64,000 bases of DNA from an uncultured virus (IMG/VR IMGVR_UViG_3300008116_000013) (IMGVR_UViG_3300008116_000013); one strand, 5' to 3'; counted from the stretch's first letter, positions 30,098-39,410 are shown. Translations and numbers: made by a program. The notes: a model not told the origin generated them from the sequence alone.

Positions 30098-32038
30098 TTA
30101 TGACCTCGTTAAATCCCCGTTCGAATAGCTTGATCTATAGTAGTCGTTTGTAGAAAAGACGACTCCAGATACATCATCACCAGAAGCAATGACATCCTTA
30201 ACCATATTTATTTTACTTTTAGAAATGCTAAAAGATAAGTATAAATCTTTTAATCCTACAATATCATTTGACTCTGGAAATGCTTGAATTTCAATAATAT
30301 TTTGTTCTAAACTTGTAGATGCAACAGTTAAAGAACTCAATAAAATTTCTCCAGTTTCATAATTAACTGTTCCTGCAGATTGAACAATTACAGGAGTTTG
30401 GAATGTTTTGGTAGAACCTGCTCCGACTAAAACAGGTACATTTTTTACAATTGAAATTGTACCTTCAGTATAAGATCCATCAGAATTTTTAATTGGAGTA
30501 TCTGTAAAATAAACAGTATCTGTTTCATTCAAAATATTAAATCCTGTTGACTTAATATTTTTTCCTGCTGGATTAACATGAAATTTATTTCCAAAACAAA
30601 TTTCATACTGTGTAGGAGTGTTAATATTTACCTTTAAGTCTCTTCTTAGTATAACTTTTGTAATGTTTGAAGTCACTGCCTTATCTGTATTATCAATAAC
30701 TTGTAAAACTTTACTATACTTAAATCTACCACCAAAAGCATTTAGATCAGGAGATTGTGCATAAGAATTTAAAGACTTGATGATATTTGTTTTTAAGTTT
30801 TCAACACTGTTTATTTGAGAATAATTATAATAAACTGTTGAATCTATTTCAACATAGAGTATCTTTAAATCTGTAATTTGAGGATTAATTCCTGCAACTG
30901 TATATTGTTTTAATTTATTTTTAATCTGTTGTTTATTAAAATCAGAAACAAAAGTTCCATTCTTTGGTTTGATACTAATAATCACTGTTCCATACTGTGG
31001 TGGTGATAATTCTTCCCCACCCACAACAGACACTGACTCAGTTTCTGGATATATTATTGATTTTATAATTGCCTCATAGTCTCTTGGCGTTACCGCTCTA
31101 TATTGAGAAGAGTATAGTCTAGGAGCAAAATTACGAACCGAATCAATAGACTCTATCTCAGACCCATTTTGAGACGACTGAACAGTTGCAATTGATACAG
31201 CAGGACCATTAATAAGTTCAACTGCATCATTCTCATTTTTAAAAGTCCCTGCAAATGCAAAGGAACTTGCACCATTACCATCTTTCCCATCTGTTACAAT
31301 ATAGGTAACCGTGATGATTGCACCATTTTCAAGTTTTTTTCCAAATCTACCATCACCAAATAATAGTTCATACTTTTCATCTTTAACTTCTTGAATTAGG
31401 AAAATTTTTGAAGTTGAATCAATATCAAAAATATTATCAACAAGAGTATAAGTTTGCCCAAGTCCAGTATCACTTGTTCCTTTTACATAAACACGAATTG
31501 TAGATGTATCAATAAAAGAATTATCAAGTATAAATTTTTGATCTAAAGAACCATCGACTGTAAATTTTTTAGTTAGAAAAATTCCTTGCTTAACTGTAAG
31601 ATTATTAAATGTTGCTATACCATTTACAACAGATGCTGTTGTATTTTCTGGAATTGAAAAGACATAAGATGTTCCACTTGCAGATCCAGTGCAGACAAGA
31701 CCAGATTGTAACGTTAATGTTGATGTAGAACTTGTTGGTTGTGCAGTGAATGAAACTACAGCACTCGCCGCTGTTCTAGATCTAGGAACATAACCAATAT
31801 TACGTGCTAATGAAACAACGTTTTCTCTAACTGTTGCAGAATCCAAAAAGGATTCATTCACAACCATGTTAGAGTTAAATGCGGTGATATATGTATTATA
31901 CGCTAAAGTATCAATTAAGATAGAAAAATTAGATCCTTCAAAATCAAAGTCAGTAAAATTTGAATTTGCACGCAAATAATCTTTGATTGAAGTTCTAATC
32001 TGATCAAAATCTAGATTAGTAAATTTAGTAAAAGGCAT
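30098..32038 (-). CDS. gp6: Baseplate wedge subunit gp6
   Basis: LDFDQIRTSIKDYL...FTDFDFEGS...LAYNTY...ESFLDSA...QYRAVT..DYEA. Confidence 0.95.
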   Translation of the reverse strand: MPFTKFTNLDFDQIRTSIKDYLRANSNFTDFDFEGSNFSILIDTLAYNTYITAFNSNMVVNESFLDSATVRENVVSLARNIGYVPRSRTAASAVVSFTAQPTSSTSTLTLQSGLVCTGSASGTSYVFSIPENTTASVVNGIATFNNLTVKQGIFLTKKFTVDGSLDQKFILDNSFIDTSTIRVYVKGTSDTGLGQTYTLVDNIFDIDSTSKIFLIQEVKDEKYELLFGDGRFGKKLENGAIITVTYIVTDGKDGNGASSFAFAGTFKNENDAVELINGPAVSIATVQSSQNGSEIESIDSVRNFAPRLYSSQYRAVTPRDYEAIIKSIIYPETESVSVVGGEELSPPQYGTVIISIKPKNGTFVSDFNKQQIKNKLKQYTVAGINPQITDLKILYVEIDSTVYYNYSQINSVENLKTNIIKSLNSYAQSPDLNAFGGRFKYSKVLQVIDNTDKAVTSNITKVILRRDLKVNINTPTQYEICFGNKFHVNPAGKNIKSTGFNILNETDTVYFTDTPIKNSDGSYTEGTISIVKNVPVLVGAGSTKTFQTPVIVQSAGTVNYETGEILLSSLTVASTSLEQNIIEIQAFPESNDIVGLKDLYLSFSISKSKINMVKDVIASGDDVSGVVFSTNDYYRSSYSNGDLTRS

Positions 32039-32039
32039 T

Positions 32040-32441
32040 TTATCTTGTTGCCTCTAATATAAATGAAAATTGTTGTGTTGGAATGTCTTGCCCAATAATA
32101 TTAAAAGTAACTGTAATTTCAAACTCATTTAGATCTGGTTTTGGATCTACTTGAACAATCGTATTATTTACCCTAGGTTCATAATTAGAAATCACTTCAT
32201 AAATTTGATCTTCAATGGCAGATGCAGTTCCATAATCAAAAAAATCAAACAAACTACTTCTTACATTTGAACCAAGTGTTGAATTAAAAAATCGTTCAGT
32301 TGGAATGGTTTCAACTAAATTGCGAATAGAACGAATGATTGCTCTTTCATTAGTTAAAATTGCCAAATCTTTTGTCACCGGATGTGGATCAAAAGATAAA
32401 CTAATATCTTTAAAAGATCTAGATATCCGAGTAACTGCCAT
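32040..32441 (-). CDS. gp25: Baseplate wedge subunit gp25
   Basis: FKDISLSF..HPVTKD...AI.RSIRNLV.T...ERFF...YEPRV. Confidence 0.95.
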   Translation of the reverse strand: MAVTRISRSFKDISLSFDPHPVTKDLAILTNERAIIRSIRNLVETIPTERFFNSTLGSNVRSSLFDFFDYGTASAIEDQIYEVISNYEPRVNNTIVQVDPKPDLNEFEITVTFNIIGQDIPTQQFSFILEATR

Positions 32442-32465
32442 TGTTAAATAAATTTCTTTACTTAT

Positions 32466-32714
32466 TTATGACAATTTCCAGGAAGATCCATACGTTGGTT
32501 CTGTCCCATAATCCCAATCGTTATAATCTTCATCATTTCTAATCTTCTCATGCAATTCAAGTTGTTTTTTGAAGTCATGTCTTGGTGCAACATCATGCAT
32601 AACTTCTTGAATTACTCGTTTTTGTGGTGTTGAAGTATAATCAGTAATTAATTGAGTGGTTCCCCACATTTCATACATGTAATTTTTGTCTCTATCGACA
32701 GGTAAATTAGACAT
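32466..32714 (-). CDS. Hypothetical protein (82 aa)
   Basis: ORF with an AGGAG RBS inside an upstream hairpin. Confidence 0.75.
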   Translation of the reverse strand: MSNLPVDRDKNYMYEMWGTTQLITDYTSTPQKRVIQEVMHDVAPRHDFKKQLELHEKIRNDEDYNDWDYGTEPTYGSSWKLS

Positions 32715-32781
32715 TTTAGCTCCTGTTTTAAGTAATAAAACAGAACTTTTATAAAGGAGGTTGCTATCTCCTTATGTCTAT

Positions 32782-33123
32782 TTAACGTTCAACTTCTCTC
32801 AATGAATATGAGTCTGAATCAAGGTATTTTAAAATTTCAAGAGCAATCAATCTAGGATTTCCTTCACCACATGTGTAAACATCAACCGCTAGACACCCAT
32901 TTTCTGGCCAAGTATGACAAGAAACGTGACTTTCTGCCAGTGCAATGACCACTGTACACCCCTGAGGAATAAAACAATGGGAAAAAGTGTTTAAAATCGT
33001 CATCTTTGCACGATTTATACCTTTGATCATGGCATTTTGAAGCGATTCTACATCATTAATCGCTTCAAAATCGACATCATACACCTCTAAGAGCAGGTGT
33101 TTACCCATTGAGTACTGTTTCAA
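32782..33123 (-). CDS. speD: S-adenosylmethionine decarboxylase proenzyme (pyruvoyl-dependent)
   Basis: GKHLLLEVY...F.PQGCT..IALAESHVSCHTWPE.G..AVDVYTCG; the ESH autocleavage site is intact. Confidence 0.93.
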   Translation of the reverse strand: MKQYSMGKHLLLEVYDVDFEAINDVESLQNAMIKGINRAKMTILNTFSHCFIPQGCTVVIALAESHVSCHTWPENGCLAVDVYTCGEGNPRLIALEILKYLDSDSYSLREVER

Positions 33124-33145
33124 TTCAATTATTGTAAAAATTTAT

Positions 33146-33745
33146 TTATTTGACCCAAAAACCCTTACGTTCGTAACTGGAGTCTTCAATAAATCGATAT
33201 CCTTCACGATTTTCGTCATTTCTACCCTCCCAGACTGGTATTGCAACAGTGTTTCCATATCTAAAATTTGGATTTCTACGAAATTGTACCTCTATCAGGT
33301 GTCCATCAATGAATTCACAATTTATCCATTCATAATTTTTGTTCAAATTCTTCAAAATATTAGGGAAATCGACTTTTCTATCTACTTTTTCCCATTTAGA
33401 CCACTGATGAATAGAGTCAATTTCTGTTTTTGTGCCCAAAATCACTAAATCTTGTTGTTGGTTGTGATAATCAACACTTAAATGTTCTCCTTCAAAGATT
33501 TCACACCAAAACTCTGATGGGTGTATGTTATCTGTTTCTTTTTCTATCCATTCTTTACGAGCAAAAAGGCTCATTCCAAATAAATTAAACGATGGTCGAA
33601 CAATATAAAAGTCGGGTTTTGGAACTGTGGTTCCCGCTGGACCACAAGTATAACCTAAAACCCGACTTAAAAAGAGTTTATTGTAAATCCAGAGGTCTGA
33701 TGGATGTATTTGATTCCATTCATCATCACACTCTAGGTAATACAT
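33146..33745 (-). CDS. Hypothetical protein with ATP-grasp-like motifs
   Basis: YIVRP..N..G, CEIFEGEHLSVD and INCEF...LIEVQFR resemble ATP-grasp core motifs. Confidence 0.5.
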   Translation of the reverse strand: MYYLECDDEWNQIHPSDLWIYNKLFLSRVLGYTCGPAGTTVPKPDFYIVRPSFNLFGMSLFARKEWIEKETDNIHPSEFWCEIFEGEHLSVDYHNQQQDLVILGTKTEIDSIHQWSKWEKVDRKVDFPNILKNLNKNYEWINCEFIDGHLIEVQFRRNPNFRYGNTVAIPVWEGRNDENREGYRFIEDSSYERKGFWVK

Positions 33746-33900
33746 TATCCTTTACCTTGACCCCTATACTTTTTACGTGCTCCATTGCGAGAAGACGCAG
33801 CATATTTAGTTCCACCACCTTGTCCTTGACGAGACTTTTTCGGAGGACCCGCAATATAAGAACTATTCTTACTCAATCCACCTTTTGCTTTTGTAGCCAT
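33745..33900 (-). CDS. Small, very basic Gly/Lys-rich protein (51 aa; not in the ORF track)
   Basis: Manual translation MATKAKGGLSKNSSYIAGPPKKSRQGQGGGTKYAASSRNGARKKYRGQGKG; TAATG-coupled to the next gene. Confidence 0.75.
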   Translation of the reverse strand: MATKAKGGLSKNSSYIAGPPKKSRQGQGGGTKYAASSRNGARKKYRGQGKG

Positions 33901-34070
33901 ACATTATTCTCCACTAAAATTTCAGTTTCAAGATCTTCAGGTTTTGGAGAACCTGTCTGATAATACTCAATTGACAGATCCTCCATTGCATTGAAATATT
34001 CTTCTTCTGTAAGACTTGTGTAAATTCTACGTCCCTTACAAAGAATATTATAGCGTTCGTTAGACATCAA
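33873..34070 (-). CDS. Hypothetical protein
   Basis: 65-aa ORF coupled to the upstream gene. Confidence 0.7.
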   Translation of the reverse strand: MMSNERYNILCKGRRIYTSLTEEEYFNAMEDLSIEYYQTGSPKPEDLETEILVENNVWLQKQKVD

Positions 34071-34822
34071 ATAATCCTTGTTTTTTCGTGCCCTACGCGA
34101 ATGCGAGGATCACACCAAATCTCAAATCCTGCTTCCTTTGCATCCAAACAGAATGATACGTCTTCTCCACACATATCTTGTACATCACCAGACTCAAAGA
34201 CTTGCATCTTTGGTGCAAACCATGGATACTTCATCTCAGAATGCTCGAAGACTCCATTTTTAATCAACAACCATCCAAATCCAGTGTAGTCAACAGTAAA
34301 TGGTTTACGACGCTTTGAGATACTCTCAACGGTTTCATGATTCATGACACCGCCATTATTGCGGAAATCATCTTCTTCTAACCAGTGAGCAACAGAGGTC
34401 GTGTGCCCGTCTTCAGTTGCATACCAACCAGCAGCGATGTCTTTATCCATCAAAACTAATTGCCAGAAATTGTTTGAATTGAATACAATATCAGAATCAA
34501 TCCAAAGTTGCCAATCATAATTCAGTTTGCCGTCCCAAGGAATCTGATCAGGTCCACGCAGTACATTCGCTCCTAAACATTTGCAACGAGCAAAGTTTAC
34601 CATTGAGGAATAGTCCTGCGAGATCTGGATACTTGCTCCTGATTGTACAAGATCAAAACAGAGTTGTACAAAGTTCTTTAGATATGTGTAAGAAACTCCT
34701 CTGCCAGGAAGACAAAAGACAATAGACTTGCCTTTTACCATCTCTCTTGCTAGGTTATAATCCCATTCTTGTTGCTGCGAAACAGTTGGTGCTTTTGCTT
34801 TTACGGTAAATCCTTTAGCCAT
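34067..34822 (-). CDS. GT-A-fold glycosyltransferase-like protein
   Basis: VNFARCK...QLWIDSDIVF (DxD)...VDYTGFGWLLIK..VFE...GEDVSFC...IWCDP...VGH. Confidence 0.75.
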   Translation of the reverse strand: MAKGFTVKAKAPTVSQQQEWDYNLAREMVKGKSIVFCLPGRGVSYTYLKNFVQLCFDLVQSGASIQISQDYSSMVNFARCKCLGANVLRGPDQIPWDGKLNYDWQLWIDSDIVFNSNNFWQLVLMDKDIAAGWYATEDGHTTSVAHWLEEDDFRNNGGVMNHETVESISKRRKPFTVDYTGFGWLLIKNGVFEHSEMKYPWFAPKMQVFESGDVQDMCGEDVSFCLDAKEAGFEIWCDPRIRVGHEKTRII

Positions 34823-34844
34823 AATAGAAAGTAGTTACTTCAGT

Positions 34845-34873
34845 ATCATACAATATTATCTATGCTTTGTCAA
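34845..34873 (-). promoter_or_regulatory. Sigma70-type promoter
   Basis: TTGACA-17 nt-TATGAT upstream of the ATG at 34822. Confidence 0.8.
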
Positions 34874-35040
34874 TCTGCCTCTGTCAGAATAACTTCACCG
34901 CCTTCGATGGAAAATTTAATCTTTGTGTCCTCATACCATTCTAATTCATTCATAATCTGCTCAGGAATCTGAATGAAATACTGCCCGCTAATTGGATCGA
35001 CTTGTACGGACTCAAAAATATCTCCGGAATTTTTTCTCAT
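34870..35040 (-). CDS. AbrB/MazE-like small DNA-binding protein (56 aa; not in the ORF track)
   Basis: Manual translation MRKNSGDIFESVQVDPISGQYFIQIPEQIMNELEWYEDTKIKFSIEGGEVILTEAD; swapped-hairpin pattern. Confidence 0.7.
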   Translation of the reverse strand: MRKNSGDIFESVQVDPISGQYFIQIPEQIMNELEWYEDTKIKFSIEGGEVILTEAD

Positions 35041-35266
35041 TATTGTGAATATAAAGGTTTATTTTGTTTTTATATAGCGGGGAATTTTTTTATTTTGTTT
35101 GGGTCTTATATTCGATTTCCTTTGAGTCTTATATTTAACTAGCGAAAGCAAGACTTTATAGCTTATGGGGACCCATTGATTTTATATCGCATACCCCCGA
35201 CCCGCCCATCAGGATCGCTTAACTGTCAAACACGAACGCATAAGGTATTCTCATCAGTCACGATTA

Positions 35267-35295
35267 GGGCGGCAGAGTATAAAGAACTGCCGCCC
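35267..35295. terminator. GC-rich hairpin closing the early region
   Basis: GGGCGGCAG-AGTATAAAGAA-CTGCCGCCC, a perfect 9-bp stem just after the stop at 35309. Further hairpins at 35651-35671 and 36837-36855. Confidence 0.6.
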
Positions 35296-35308
35296 ACGAA
35301 AGACTAAC

Positions 35309-35623
35309 TTAGTCGCGCAATCCTAAGTGCTTCGCTACAGTGTACGCCATAAGTGTGACATCCACGCCATAATCGAACTCCTCAGATTCTGACGGGAAAA
35401 ATGTTACATACCATCCGCCGGTTCCTGTTATAGTTGGAACTGTACCCTCTAATTGACACTTAACCGCATAATTGTAGGCGATCGTTCTAATGTAAGACGC
35501 CATACTTTCGGCGTTAGTGTGACCGTTGCGGTTGATTTGCATCAGAACTTTAACAGTATCCTCCAAACCAGAGTATTCCCAATTGATGCGAATTTGGTTG
35601 GTGAGAGTAGCAGTCATGATCAA
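35309..35623 (-). CDS. Hypothetical early protein
   Basis: 104-aa ORF between two hairpins. Confidence 0.7.
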   Translation of the reverse strand: MIMTATLTNQIRINWEYSGLEDTVKVLMQINRNGHTNAESMASYIRTIAYNYAVKCQLEGTVPTITGTGGWYVTFFPSESEEFDYGVDVTLMAYTVAKHLGLRD

Positions 35624-35681
35624 AAGTGCAGTGGTGAAAGTGTAAAGAATGGGGGCGGATCTTGCCGCCCCTAATTATAGT

Positions 35682-35906
35682 TCAATCCTCCCAGATCATA
35701 CCCCAGAAGGAACCCTTACCGTAGGTCGATTCGCACCATGCTTCTGCACTTTCAGTGAGCAGATCCTCCCATTCTGACTGATCACAATCCATCCATTCTG
35801 CAGGCACGGTCAATTCTACAGTGGCGACACCGTTAGGAATCCAGTGCCGAGCATCGGTAGGTAGGAAGTAGGAAATGCAAACCTCAGCGGTGGTGGTGGC
35901 GGTCAT
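35682..35906 (-). CDS. Hypothetical acidic early protein
   Basis: 74-aa ORF downstream of the palindromic promoter at 35969-35990. Confidence 0.7.
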   Translation of the reverse strand: MTATTTAEVCISYFLPTDARHWIPNGVATVELTVPAEWMDCDQSEWEDLLTESAEAWCESTYGKGSFWGMIWED

Positions 35907-36116
35907 GAGTCAGTGGCGTTTGACTCCCATAGATTAACCCCCAGCACTGACCCTGCCTAGGGGGATCAGGACAGTCTGCCGATTGGCACAAGACCCCAGT
36001 TTGTATAAAGAATAAGACAGGGATGAATGTAAAGAATAAACCACACCACTGACAATAAATTACATTCAACCCTGAGTTATTCTTTATACTCAGTGGTAAG
36101 TATAAAGAATTAAAAA

Positions 36117-37015
36117 CTACTTTTTCTTCTTTCTAGTATTCGCTGCCTTCTTTGCCCCATTAGTTTTTGCTTGAGACTTTACATTCTTGAATCTTTTATC
36201 AGGACGGGATTTGCCATCCTTGTGAATCCATCTACCAAACATTGTTCTTCCTCAGATAAACTTAGCAGGTGAACCACAAGACTTATAGAATGCAATCATT
36301 CTTTCTGCCTCTTCTTTAGTGGTGAAAGATTGTGTTCTCCATTCACAATCATTGTATGGTGATTGATAAGTAATTGTGAACCCGATTGAATTGATTTGTT
36401 GTTGATTGTTGTACATGAATCTAGATGTGTTAGGTGTGTGTATCTCGTCGAGATGTATGTATGTGTGTCTCGACGAGATAATGTGTGCGCTCTCGACTAG
36501 ATTATTCTTTTCGAGATCTAATCTTTGCTTTTCTCATTTCACGAATGAGTGAAAGATAATTTTGTCGTGCAGTTTTTTCTAATTCTGCACATTCATCAGT
36601 ACGATGAAGATGCCACTCAGCAAAAGCAGTTTGCCACTCAGAATGTAAAGATTTAATCATCAGTAGTGGTGGTGTGACATAACATTGTTGGGGTCATTGT
36701 ACCAATCAGAATCCTCATAAGATTCAGTCATTCGAATCATCAACTCATCAGTAAGTTCAACGACTCCGGTTGTAACTAACTGTAGGATTTCTTCAGCGGT
36801 GAGGAATGTTTGCATGGTTCTGTAGTGTGGTTAAGAGGGGGGAATGTTACCCCCCGTGAATGTTACTTTTGAATGCAGTATCCGTACTCATCAATCGGGA
36901 AATCTTCATGATTCCAGTGTTCCTGAAGATCCTCCCAATTCTCTTGAATGTATTCATGAAGATCAAGTGCCCGATCTTCTTCCAGTTGGCGGCAGTTGGT
37001 GATGGGGTAGTTCAT
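36117..37015 (-). CDS. Five small early ORFs below the ORF-track cutoff: 36117-36242, 36252-36416, 36502-36660, 36660-36815, 36863-37015
   Basis: Manual translations starting MFGRWIHKDGKS, MYNNQQQINSIG, MIKSLHSEWQTA, MQTFLTAEEILQ and MNYPITNCRQLE; they tile the minus strand, one junction is TGATG-coupled. Confidence 0.7.
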
Positions 37016-37201
37016 TCAGTGGTGTGGTGTGAACTGAGAGAAGTCTACAGGGTCAGTGGCGCACCATCTCAGCAGCGGTGGACAGTGCATCCGCTGTCAC
37101 AGTGCGGATCGGGCGAATCGGTTCCCAGAGAATCCAGAGCAGTAGGGTTGCGATCATCAGGCGGAGCATGGTAGGATTGGCAGTTGCTTTGCTGAGTGCT
37201 T

Positions 37202-37339
37202 TCACTTGAGACCACAGGCAGATGGACGGGTGATGCAGATGCGATCGGCGGCGGATTCTGTGCTAGTATTGACGGTTGCCAATGCCATTTGAGCAACGCC
37301 ACACGCGAACAGGCAGAACAGGAGAGGGAATGCTTTCAT
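37202..37339 (-). CDS. Small putatively secreted peptide (45 aa; not in the ORF track)
   Basis: MKAFPLLFCLFACGVAQMALA-TVNTSTESAADRICITRPSACGLK; signal-peptide-like N-terminus ending in ALA. Confidence 0.55.
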   Translation of the reverse strand: MKAFPLLFCLFACGVAQMALATVNTSTESAADRICITRPSACGLK

Positions 37340-37372
37340 GGTAGGATGGGGGGTTGGTGCCCCCGTATTGTA

Positions 37373-37633
37373 TCACCCGAACAGGGCAGCGGCAAGACGA
37401 TCACGCTTGCGGATCTTATCGGGAAAAATGCTCCACTGATCACGCTTGCCATCAGGGCGCAGTGTGGCGGTGAGAATGCCCTCCCGCTCCATCTCCACCA
37501 TAATGGCGTGAACAGTGCCCTTATGCTTACGGGGGTCCATTCCCATGCCGCGCACAATGTCGCTGCATGTTTGCTCGCCGTTCTGAATCAGTGTGGCGCG
37601 GACGGCGGTGCGGATGGCGGTTCGGAGGTTCAT
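37373..37633 (-). CDS. Winged-helix DNA-binding protein (Z-alpha/wHTH-like)
   Basis: L...GEQTCSDIVRGMGM...TVHAIMVEMEREGIL...DQW pattern; has its own early promoter. Confidence 0.6.
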   Translation of the reverse strand: MNLRTAIRTAVRATLIQNGEQTCSDIVRGMGMDPRKHKGTVHAIMVEMEREGILTATLRPDGKRDQWSIFPDKIRKRDRLAAALFG

Positions 37634-37756
37634 CGGAGTGGTGTGGTGAACTGATACCAGTATGGGGGCAGATGGGGGGCAGATCCATCCAGGTTGTGCC
37701 AGTGGTCAGACTGTCCACCGATGCGGGTTTTGCGGGGGATCGGATGCTTATAATAC

Positions 37757-37819
37757 GGGGACAATCAAGAGAGGGGCAGGGTCGCCCCGTTGACGCAAAC
37801 GGTCGCCACCGAACCTGCC
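37757..37819 (+). ncRNA. Putative small RNA, copy 1
   Basis: Palindrome 37695-37718, then 30 nt, then TATAAT (37749-37754) on the + strand; no credible ORF; homologous to 39557-39620; terminator at 37845-37876. Confidence 0.7.
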
Positions 37820-37844
37820 TGCCGGTATTATAAAAAAAAGTATA

Positions 37845-37876
37845 AAGAAAGGGGGCGGATTGTGCCCCCTCTTTTA
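37845..37876. terminator. Bidirectional intrinsic terminator
   Basis: AAGAAA-GGGGGC-GGATTGT-GCCCCC-TCTTTT, between the convergent sRNA and the ORF ending at 37887. Confidence 0.75.
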
Positions 37877-37886
37877 TACTTTAGGA

Positions 37887-38159
37887 TCAGACTTCGATCT
37901 GTTCAATGTCACCATGCTTCAGAGCACGGTTAAACAACTGACCCCAAGATGTTGCCGCTTTGTCTTCATCATTGGAGAGAAGTGCAAACCAACGCTCACA
38001 CTCACCTTCATCTTCCCAAGCGTAGCGATAAACTTTATCGCTGCTGTTAAATGTCACCAGCAGATCGTAACAATCCCCATCGGCGCGAACAATAGCAAGA
38101 TGGGCGATGGCGCTGGATTGAACGCTGGCGCTGATCGTGAAGTCGGTTGCGGTTGCCAT
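37887..38159 (-). CDS. KTSC-like domain protein (likely start 38159)
   Basis: VQSSAIAHL...LLVTFNSSDKVYRY...SWGQLFNR resembles KTSC; the upstream extension in the ORF track overlaps the promoter. Confidence 0.55.
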   Translation of the reverse strand: MATATDFTISASVQSSAIAHLAIVRADGDCYDLLVTFNSSDKVYRYAWEDEGECERWFALLSNDEDKAATSWGQLFNRALKHGDIEQIEV

Positions 38160-38229
38160 AGTGTCGTTTGCGGTTGACTCTGTAAGTCTACAGGATAGGT
38201 GGGGGGCATCCGCGCCCCCCGTGTGCATC

Positions 38230-38907
38230 TTAACGATCTGTCACAATGGCGTCAACTGCCTTCTTAGCAGTCCCGTGTGCAGGAAATGCTATAATAAACT
38301 CACGGTCGGATTGTTGACACAAACCGCAGGTGCTGCAGTTAACTTTACCCTTGTGAATCTTAGCAGGGCAAACAACAACCTTACGACCGCTCTCAGTGTT
38401 AAAGAACCGCCGCGATTCTGTGGAAGGAACAACAGCAACCGCAGGGATTCCGTGCTCTGACATAACCGAATCAGCAACCTCTACGGATTCTGTGCTCACG
38501 TTGACTGTGAACCCGTTAGCGTTAGCGTTCTGAATCACTTTTAGGTTGTGATCATTCAGAACGTGGTGAGTGTAGGTGAAACCTTTCTTGCCACGATTTG
38601 CCCGCACAAGTGCATCAACCATCAGCGGATTGATGTCACCTAAGAGATGCGGGAGATCCCCAGTTACGTTATGACGCCATAAAGAATTGGGGGCAAATTT
38701 ACGAACCTTGGAGATAAACTCATCCCAAGATACGCCGCGCTCGTGATTAGAAACCTTGCGCCAATGTACACCCTGTAGATGATACTTACCGTAGCACCCT
38801 GTTTCATAAAAAGGGCAGGCAGTTGAGCAGGATGCCCGTTCTGTGACGGTGGTGGGGATCGGTCCCGTGTTGCTGTTGCCTGAGGCGGTGGTGATGGCGA
38901 CTTGCAC
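38230..38907 (-). CDS. Cys-rich GP88-like (radical-SAM-related) phage protein; likely GTG start at 38907
   Basis: SGN..TG...SCSTACPFYETGCYG...WRHNVTGDL...FTYTHH...VNVSTES...CPA...CSTCGLC...FPAHG. Confidence 0.65.
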   Translation of the reverse strand: MQVAITTASGNSNTGPIPTTVTERASCSTACPFYETGCYGKYHLQGVHWRKVSNHERGVSWDEFISKVRKFAPNSLWRHNVTGDLPHLLGDINPLMVDALVRANRGKKGFTYTHHVLNDHNLKVIQNANANGFTVNVSTESVEVADSVMSEHGIPAVAVVPSTESRRFFNTESGRKVVVCPAKIHKGKVNCSTCGLCQQSDREFIIAFPAHGTAKKAVDAIVTDR

Positions 38908-38987
38908 GGTGGTGTGGTGCGGTTGACCTTTTAAGTATAGGGGTTGGGGGCACCCTGTCGATGCCCCCTGTGCCACCTTGCCAACTG

Positions 38988-39410
38988 TCACACCTTCCAG
39001 AGTTTCTCTTCAATCAGGCGATCAATCAGTGCCTTAGAGAGTGAACCACAGTGCTCACAATGCGATTCCAGGTTGATACGTTCATGCAGAGAATTACGAT
39101 AGCAGTAATGCTGAAAGGATGCAAAATGCCAGCGATAAACTGCACTCAGAGTCTGCAGATACTTACGGAAGACAACATAATCCGAATAATCTGAGAACCT
39201 TCTGATTGTATGATAAACAGAGTTAAATCCCCGAAAATCTGTAGTGTGGCGATTGCGACCACGACAATACTTAAGAGTATTCATAATCACCTCAGTGTAA
39301 TGCTCATTGAAAAACTTTGAGGTGACTTCTTGACAAATACGATCCAAATCTTTGATCTGGTTGGAGTTAAGATCCTGATCCAGGGAAGGATTAAAGAAAG
39401 GGGTGTTCAT
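38988..39410 (-). CDS. Hypothetical early protein (likely start 39410)
   Basis: MNTPFFNPSLDQ... preceded by a CA-rich leader; C-terminal CEHC. Confidence 0.65.
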   Translation of the reverse strand: MNTPFFNPSLDQDLNSNQIKDLDRICQEVTSKFFNEHYTEVIMNTLKYCRGRNRHTTDFRGFNSVYHTIRRFSDYSDYVVFRKYLQTLSAVYRWHFASFQHYCYRNSLHERINLESHCEHCGSLSKALIDRLIEEKLWKV

